Part shown: piece after piece, positions 26,943 to 32,000 of the stretch
Layout: the number at the start of each line of letters is the position of its first letter
How positions within the stretch are numbered: position 1 is the first letter of the stretch
From: Candidatus Saccharimonadota bacterium
Lineage (GTDB): Bacteria; Bacteroidota; Bacteroidia; Flavobacteriales; Blattabacteriaceae
Direction: 5' to 3'
Assembly: GCF_014251775.1 (NCBI RefSeq)
Contig: NZ_CP059199.1
Location: forward strand, 210,001 to 242,000
DNA: 32,000 nucleotides
The notes under the pieces: model-generated
What the model was told of the DNA's origin: nothing
Database searches by the model: none
The model's input: only the letters and a program-made list of their open reading frames with translations
Made by a program: the position numbers and the translations under genes

Positions 26943-28097
26943 ATGAAGAAAATAGAATATTTTTTTAGTAAGTATCTAAAAGGAGATAAATACTTATTAG
27001 CATTGATATCGTTATTAACGATATTTTCATTTTTACCAGTGTATTCTGCAAGTAGTAATTTAATTTTTTCAAAAAAAAGTAATATAAATATTTTATCTAT
27101 TTTTTATTTTTTATTCAAACATATATCTTTTTTGATATTAGGTTTTTTTATTCTTATAATTATTCAATTTATCAATTATAAATACTTTTATAAAATTTCT
27201 GTTTTTTTATTACCAGTAGTATTTATTTTATTGATTATTACAATGAATCAAGGAGTAAAAATACATGGAATAAATGCAGCTAGATGGTTACATGTCCCTA
27301 TTCTAAATATATCTTTCCAAACTTCTAATATTGCCAGTTTGGTACTTTTTGTGTATTGTTCTGGTTTCTTATCTAAGAAGAAAAATCAGAAAATTACTTT
27401 TACGAATTCTTTTTTTCCTCTTTTATTGCCTATACTTTCTATTATAGGGTTAATTTTTCCTAATAATGGATCTACAGCTATTATAATGTTTATTTCTATT
27501 TCAATCATATTATTTATAGGTGGATATCCGGTTATAAATACTATGAGATTTTTTTTATTAGGATTGATATCATCCATTATATATATTTTTTTTACTATTA
27601 AATGGGATAATCATCATTCTTTTCAGAGAGTTTTTACATGGAAAAATCGAATAATAGAATATCTTATACATGAAGAAAATACTCAAATCATTCAATCAAA
27701 AGTAGCTATTATCCTAGGTAATAAATTAGGGCGAGGACCCGGTAAAAGTATATTAAAAACTTTTCTTCCACAATCTTATTCAGATTTTATTTATTCCATT
27801 ATAGTAGAAGAATATGGTATTTTTGGTGGATTATTACTATTATTTATCTATTTACTTCTATTATTTAGAATGATGATAATTGCGACAAAATTAAAAAATT
27901 ATTTTTGCACACTTTTAGTATTTTCTGTTGGACTACCAATTATTAATCAGGCTTTAATAAACATGGGGATAGCCGTAGGAATTTTTCCTATTACTGGGCA
28001 AACTTTACCATTAATTAGTGCAGGAGGTACTTCTATTTTAATGAGTTTTTTAAGTTTTGGAATTATACTAAATGTTAGTAGAAAAATATATGAGTAA
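26943..28097 (+). CDS. ftsW: SEDS-family peptidoglycan polymerase FtsW (FtsW/RodA family)
   Basis: 384 aa polytopic protein. PQSYSDFIYSIIVEEYG, GIFPITGQTLPLISAGGTS. Located between murD and murG in the dcw cluster. Confidence 0.88.
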   Translation: MKKIEYFFSKYLKGDKYLLALISLLTIFSFLPVYSASSNLIFSKKSNINILSIFYFLFKHISFLILGFFILIIIQFINYKYFYKISVFLLPVVFILLIITMNQGVKIHGINAARWLHVPILNISFQTSNIASLVLFVYCSGFLSKKKNQKITFTNSFFPLLLPILSIIGLIFPNNGSTAIIMFISISIILFIGGYPVINTMRFFLLGLISSIIYIFFTIKWDNHHSFQRVFTWKNRIIEYLIHEENTQIIQSKVAIILGNKLGRGPGKSILKTFLPQSYSDFIYSIIVEEYGIFGGLLLLFIYLLLLFRMMIIATKLKNYFCTLLVFSVGLPIINQALINMGIAVGIFPITGQTLPLISAGGTSILMSFLSFGIILNVSRKIYE

Positions 28098-28107
28098 ATA
28101 ATAAAAT

Positions 28108-29229
28108 ATGAATAAAATATATCCCAAAATAATTATAGGAAGTGGAGGAACAGGTGGTCATATATATCCAGGAATTGCTATTGCTAAAGCAATTAAAAGA
28201 AAAATTCCAGAATCTAATATATTATTTATTGGATCAAAATATCATATGGAGATGAATGAAATTCCTAAATTTGGTTTTTCTATTAAAGAAATTTATTTAT
28301 CTGGAGGAAGAAATAAATTATCTTCTATATCATCAGGATTTGTTCTTTTAATACAGTTGATACGGAGTTTTTTTTTGTTAAATAAAATTATCAAAAAATT
28401 TTCTCCTAATTTGGTAATAGGGACAGGTGGTTTTGTTAGTTTTCCGACTTTATTAGCTGCAATAAATAATAAAATTCCTATCTTGATTCAAGAACAAAAT
28501 TCTTATCCTGGATTAACAAATAGAATATTTTCACGTTATGCAAATAAAATTTGTATTGCTTATGAACAAGCAAAAAAATTTTTTCCGAAAAAAAAAACTA
28601 TTCTAACTGGAAATCCAGTTCGTTCTGAAATTATTAACAATCCTAGCAAGGAATTAGCCTGCAATTATCTTGGATTAAATAAGGAAAAACCTGTTATTTT
28701 ATCTTTAGGTGGAAGTAAAGGTTCTGATAACATAAATAATGTGTGGATTAGAGGAGGATTAAAAAAACTAATTAATTTAGATATTCAACTTATTTGGCAA
28801 ATTGGAAATTTTAATCCTCGTAAGATAAAAAGAAGTGAATTCTATCATCCAAATTTTATATTTATGAATTTTATTGAAAATATTTCTATTTGTTATGCAG
28901 CTGCAGATGTTATTATTTCTAGAGCTGGAGCTTTAACTATATCTGAAATTTGTATAATTAGAAAACCTACTATATTAGTTCCATTGAATAATTCTTCGGA
29001 TAATCATCAAAATAATAATGCTAAGATATTAGAAGAAAAAAAAGCTATTTTAATTGTTAAAGAAGAGGATATACAAGATAAATTATTAGATTCAATAATT
29101 CAATTAATAAATGATATTAATTTAAAAAATAAAATGGTAAAAAATATGTTGCATTTAAGTATGCCTAATGCTACAAATGATATTATTCATGAAATTTTAC
29201 AAATTATATCATTTTATGAATTTAAATAA
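28108..29229 (+). CDS. murG: UDP-N-acetylglucosamine--N-acetylmuramyl-(pentapeptide) pyrophosphoryl-undecaprenol N-acetylglucosamine transferase
   Basis: 373 aa. GSGGTGGHIYPGIAIA, GTGGFVS, EQNSYPGLTNR, SRAGALTISE. Confidence 0.9.
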   Translation: MNKIYPKIIIGSGGTGGHIYPGIAIAKAIKRKIPESNILFIGSKYHMEMNEIPKFGFSIKEIYLSGGRNKLSSISSGFVLLIQLIRSFFLLNKIIKKFSPNLVIGTGGFVSFPTLLAAINNKIPILIQEQNSYPGLTNRIFSRYANKICIAYEQAKKFFPKKKTILTGNPVRSEIINNPSKELACNYLGLNKEKPVILSLGGSKGSDNINNVWIRGGLKKLINLDIQLIWQIGNFNPRKIKRSEFYHPNFIFMNFIENISICYAAADVIISRAGALTISEICIIRKPTILVPLNNSSDNHQNNNAKILEEKKAILIVKEEDIQDKLLDSIIQLINDINLKNKMVKNMLHLSMPNATNDIIHEILQIISFYEFK

Positions 29230-30601
29230 AATAAATTTTTTTTATTTTCTAGGAATAGGAGGAATAGGAATGAGTTCTTTAGCTAGATACTTTAATTACA
29301 TGGGAAAAATAGTTCATGGTCATGAAAAAAATGAAACTATTCTTACAAAAAAATTAGAACATGAAGGAATAATTGTAAATTATTGCGATAATGTAGAAAT
29401 GATTCCAAATTGGATTAGTTCTGAACAATGTTTAATTATTTATACTCCAGCTATTCCAATTAGTAATAAACAATGGATTTATTTAAATAACCATGGAAAA
29501 AATATAAAAAAGAGATCCCAAGTATTGGCATTAATTACCCAAAATAATATTTGTATTGCTATAGGTGGAACTCATGGAAAAACTACTACTTGTAGTTTAT
29601 TAGGTCATATTTTATATAGTTCTGGAATGAAAATTACAGCTTTTATTGGAGGGATATCAAAAAATTATCAATCAAATTTTTTTTCCAATGGTAAAAAAAT
29701 TTTCTTAGTAGAAGCTGATGAATTTGATCATTCTTTTTTATATTTATCTCCTAATATAACTTGTATTACTTCTATAGATCAAGATCATGTAGAAATTTAT
29801 CCTAATAAAGAATTTTTAAAAAATTCTTATATAAATTTTTTAGAAAAAACTAAAAAACCATATAAAAAAATATTTTTATGTAAAGAAGATACATTATCAT
29901 CAAAAGATGCTATTTATTATTCAACAACAGAAAAAGATAATTATTATTCAGATAATCTTTCAATAAAAAATCATAAATGGTACTTTGATTTCCATACTCC
30001 TAAAGAAAATTGGAAATCTTTAGTATTACCTATTCCAGGAGAACATAATTTAAAAAATGTAACAGCTGCATTAGCTATCTCCGATTATTTAAAAATAAAT
30101 CAAGATAAAGTTAGAAAAGCACTTTTATTATTTAAAGGAATTGAAAGAAGATATTCTATTCATTACAAATCTGATAAAAAAGTATATATAGATGATTATG
30201 CTCATCATCCAACTGAGATTAATGCATTAATTAAAACCATTAAAAAATGTTTTCCTAAAAAAAGAATATTGGGGATATTTCAACCACATTTATTTAGTAG
30301 AACTAAATTTTTTGAATTTTTTTTTATAAAAAGTTTAGAAAAATTAGATTTTCTAATTTTATTAGAAATTTATCCAGCTAGAGAATCCCCCAAAGATTAT
30401 AATAATATTAGCTCAAAAATTTTATTAGATAAAATAAAAATGATTTCTGAAAAAAATAAAATAATTTCTTCATTATCAAATGTTGTGGAAGTCATTGATA
30501 AAAACGAATTAAACTTTGATATTATTCTTACAATAGGAGCGGGAGATATAGATACTTTAATTAATCCAATAAAAAATTTGCTATATAAGAAATATGGATA
30601 A
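29216..30601 (+). CDS. murC: UDP-N-acetylmuramate--L-alanine ligase
   Basis: FLGIGGIGMSSLA, GGTHGKTTT, EADEFDHSFL, DDYAHHPTEI, FQPHLFSRT. I place the start at ATG 29216 (MNLNKINFFYFLGIGG), overlapping the murG end by 14 nt. The track start at 29168 adds an implausible 16-aa extension inside murG. Confidence 0.92.
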   Translation: MNLNKINFFYFLGIGGIGMSSLARYFNYMGKIVHGHEKNETILTKKLEHEGIIVNYCDNVEMIPNWISSEQCLIIYTPAIPISNKQWIYLNNHGKNIKKRSQVLALITQNNICIAIGGTHGKTTTCSLLGHILYSSGMKITAFIGGISKNYQSNFFSNGKKIFLVEADEFDHSFLYLSPNITCITSIDQDHVEIYPNKEFLKNSYINFLEKTKKPYKKIFLCKEDTLSSKDAIYYSTTEKDNYYSDNLSIKNHKWYFDFHTPKENWKSLVLPIPGEHNLKNVTAALAISDYLKINQDKVRKALLLFKGIERRYSIHYKSDKKVYIDDYAHHPTEINALIKTIKKCFPKKRILGIFQPHLFSRTKFFEFFFIKSLEKLDFLILLEIYPARESPKDYNNISSKILLDKIKMISEKNKIISSLSNVVEVIDKNELNFDIILTIGAGDIDTLINPIKNLLYKKYG

Positions 30602-31016
30602 AAATAGGGAAAAATTATTTACTTTTATTTCATTATTATATTTAATATTAATAATATTTTTTGTTTCTTTTTCTCAAAAAGAACATCAAAATAGATGTAT
30701 AAAAAAATTAAAAATTTTTTTATACTCAAAAAACATACATAATAATAATTATAATAATAAAGTTAGAAATATTGTAAAAAAATTTTTATTTTCTAAAAAT
30801 AAAAAAGTGAAAAAAAAAATTGGCCAATTGTGTATATTAGAAATAGAAAAATATTTAAATAAATTACCTTTTGTAAAAAGATCAGAAGTATTTATTAGTA
30901 TAAATGGAGTTTTGAATATTAAGATTTATAATAATGAACAAAAAGAACCAATTTTTAACTTAAATAAAAAAAAATACCAAGCTATTTCAGTAATGATTTT
31001 TGATAAAAATGTTTAA
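30594..31016 (+). CDS. ftsQ: Shortened FtsQ-like cell division protein (TM anchor + POTRA-like region only)
   Basis: 140 aa. TM helix LFTFISLLYLILIIFFVSF, then a POTRA-like stretch ILEIEKYLNKLPFVKRSEVFISINGVLNIKIYNNEQKEP. Located between murC (8-nt overlap) and ftsA. It is much shorter than typical FtsQ. Confidence 0.55.
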   Translation: MDKNREKLFTFISLLYLILIIFFVSFSQKEHQNRCIKKLKIFLYSKNIHNNNYNNKVRNIVKKFLFSKNKKVKKKIGQLCILEIEKYLNKLPFVKRSEVFISINGVLNIKIYNNEQKEPIFNLNKKKYQAISVMIFDKNV

Positions 31017-31085
31017 AATTCACAATTTTCTAGTTATTAAATATCAATTATTCGTAAGTTCGAAAAATATAAAGATAAATTTATT

Positions 31086-32000
31086 ATGGAATATCAAGAT
31101 ATAGCTATTGGTCTAGATGTGGGGACCACAAAGATTGTAGCTATGGTGGGAAGGAGAAATGAATATAATAAGATTGAAATTCTTGGAATAGGAAAATCTA
31201 AAAGTATAGGTGTGCATAGAGGTGTAGTAAATAATATAACTCAAACAATTGATGCTATTCGAGAATCTGTTTCTGAAGCTGAACATAGTTCAGGATTAAA
31301 AATAAAAGAAGTTATTGTTGGAATAGCGGGTCAACATATTAGAAGTTTACAACACAATGATTATATTACTCGTTCAGATTTTGAAAATGTTATCAATCAA
31401 AAAGATATACAGAAATTGATCGATCAAGTTCATAAATTAGTTATGCTACCTGGAGAAGAAATTATTCATGTTCTGCCTCAAGAATATAAAGTGGATAGTC
31501 AATCAGAAATAGGAGAACCTATCGGAATGTATGGTAGTCGTTTAGAAGCAAATTTTCATGTAGTTGTTGGACAAATATCATCTATTAGAAATATTGGACG
31601 ATGTGTTAAAGCTGCAGGATTAAATTTAGCTGGAATCACTTTAGAACCTATAGCGTCTGCAGAAGCAGTATTAAATAAGGAAGAAAGAGAAGCTGGAGTA
31701 GCTTTAGTAGATATAGGGGGAGGTACGACTGATGTCGCTATATTTAAAGATAATATAATCCGTCATACTGCTGTAATTCCTTTTGGAGGAAATGTGATTA
31801 CTGAAAAAATAAAAACAGAATGTTTAATCATTGAGAGACAAGCAGAATTATTGAAAATAAAATTTGGATCTGCATGGCCTGGAGAAAATAAAGATACAGA
31901 AATTGTTTGTATTCCTGGATTAAGAGGTAGAGAACCTAAAGAAATATCTTTAAAAAGTCTTTCTCAAATTATTCATGCAAAAGTTTGTGAAATTTTAGAA
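31086..32000 (+). CDS. ftsA: Cell division protein FtsA, N-terminal 305 codons; continues past the window edge
   Basis: Not in the ORF track because it is edge-truncated. My translation: MEYQDIAIGLDVGTTKIVAMVGRRNEYNKIEILGIGKSKSIGVHRGVVNNITQTIDAIRESV...GIAGQHIRS...VALVDIGGGTTDVAIF.... These are actin-fold phosphate motifs typical of FtsA, and the frame stays open to position 32000. Confidence 0.92.
   Translation, partial: MEYQDIAIGLDVGTTKIVAMVGRRNEYNKIEILGIGKSKSIGVHRGVVNNITQTIDAIRESVSEAEHSSGLKIKEVIVGIAGQHIRSLQHNDYITRSDFENVINQKDIQKLIDQVHKLVMLPGEEIIHVLPQEYKVDSQSEIGEPIGMYGSRLEANFHVVVGQISSIRNIGRCVKAAGLNLAGITLEPIASAEAVLNKEEREAGVALVDIGGGTTDVAIFKDNIIRHTAVIPFGGNVITEKIKTECLIIERQAELLKIKFGSAWPGENKDTEIVCIPGLRGREPKEISLKSLSQIIHAKVCEILE

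Noticed and set aside
27386-27577. 63-aa ORF antisense to ftsW
   Set aside because: It is embedded antisense in a supported membrane-protein gene. No motifs.
1-32000. Alternative genetic code (UGA read as Trp), as seen in some tiny symbiont genomes
   Set aside because: Conserved Trp positions are encoded by TGG, for example caa-tgg-tgg-tat-gga-cat (WWYGH) in ccoN near 5083-5100. TGA closes mraY at a plausible C-terminus (25562-25564). TGA also closes the ftsI stub and is followed directly by TAA. The standard bacterial code fits every gene.
1-32000. Mobile elements, CRISPR arrays, prophage, toxin-antitoxin or defence/secretion islands
   Set aside because: I found no transposase, integrase or Cas-like ORFs, no long direct or terminal inverted repeats, and no regularly spaced repeat arrays. 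Every ORF of 60 aa or more is either a recognisable housekeeping gene or an embedded spurious ORF. The window looks like core-genome sequence of a reduced symbiont.

Overview
This window is a gene-dense, extremely AT-rich stretch (judged by eye, not computed) of a reduced Bacteroidota (Flavobacteriales-type) genome. It most resembles an insect nutritional endosymbiont such as Blattabacterium. That assignment is inference from the fused ccoN-ccoO, the Bacteroidetes-type FtsL, the split transketolase, and the retention of amino-acid and peptidoglycan genes with tiny spacers. Left to right the window holds: the 5' part of trpE (minus strand, truncated by the edge); gcvH; a cbb3 oxidase cluster (ccoI-ccoS-ccoNO-ccoQ-ccoP-fixH); and maeB. 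A co-directional minus-strand array follows (split tkt, mazG-like, aroA, tRNA-Glu, rpsT, murI), then smpB, tatC, ychF, an M42 peptidase, dapF and htrA. The window ends with a dcw cluster (rsmH-ftsL-[ftsI stub]-murE-mraY-murD-ftsW-murG-murC-ftsQ-ftsA, the last truncated by the edge). The ORF track misses four things I can support: both edge-truncated genes, a 59-codon ccoQ, and the tRNA. Four track ORFs have over-extended starts. I see no mobile elements, CRISPR, toxin-antitoxin, defence or secretion islands, and no convincing novel multi-gene system. The noteworthy signals are reductive. ftsI is collapsed to a 60-codon stub while ftsW and all the lipid-II genes in this window stay intact. ftsQ is cut down to TM+POTRA. 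A 536-bp non-coding spacer with interlocking inverted repeats sits where mraZ normally lies. ccoG is absent from the cco cluster. Many A/T homopolymer tracts of 10-12 nt lie inside essential genes. All product calls rest on motif recognition in the supplied translations; no database search was possible.
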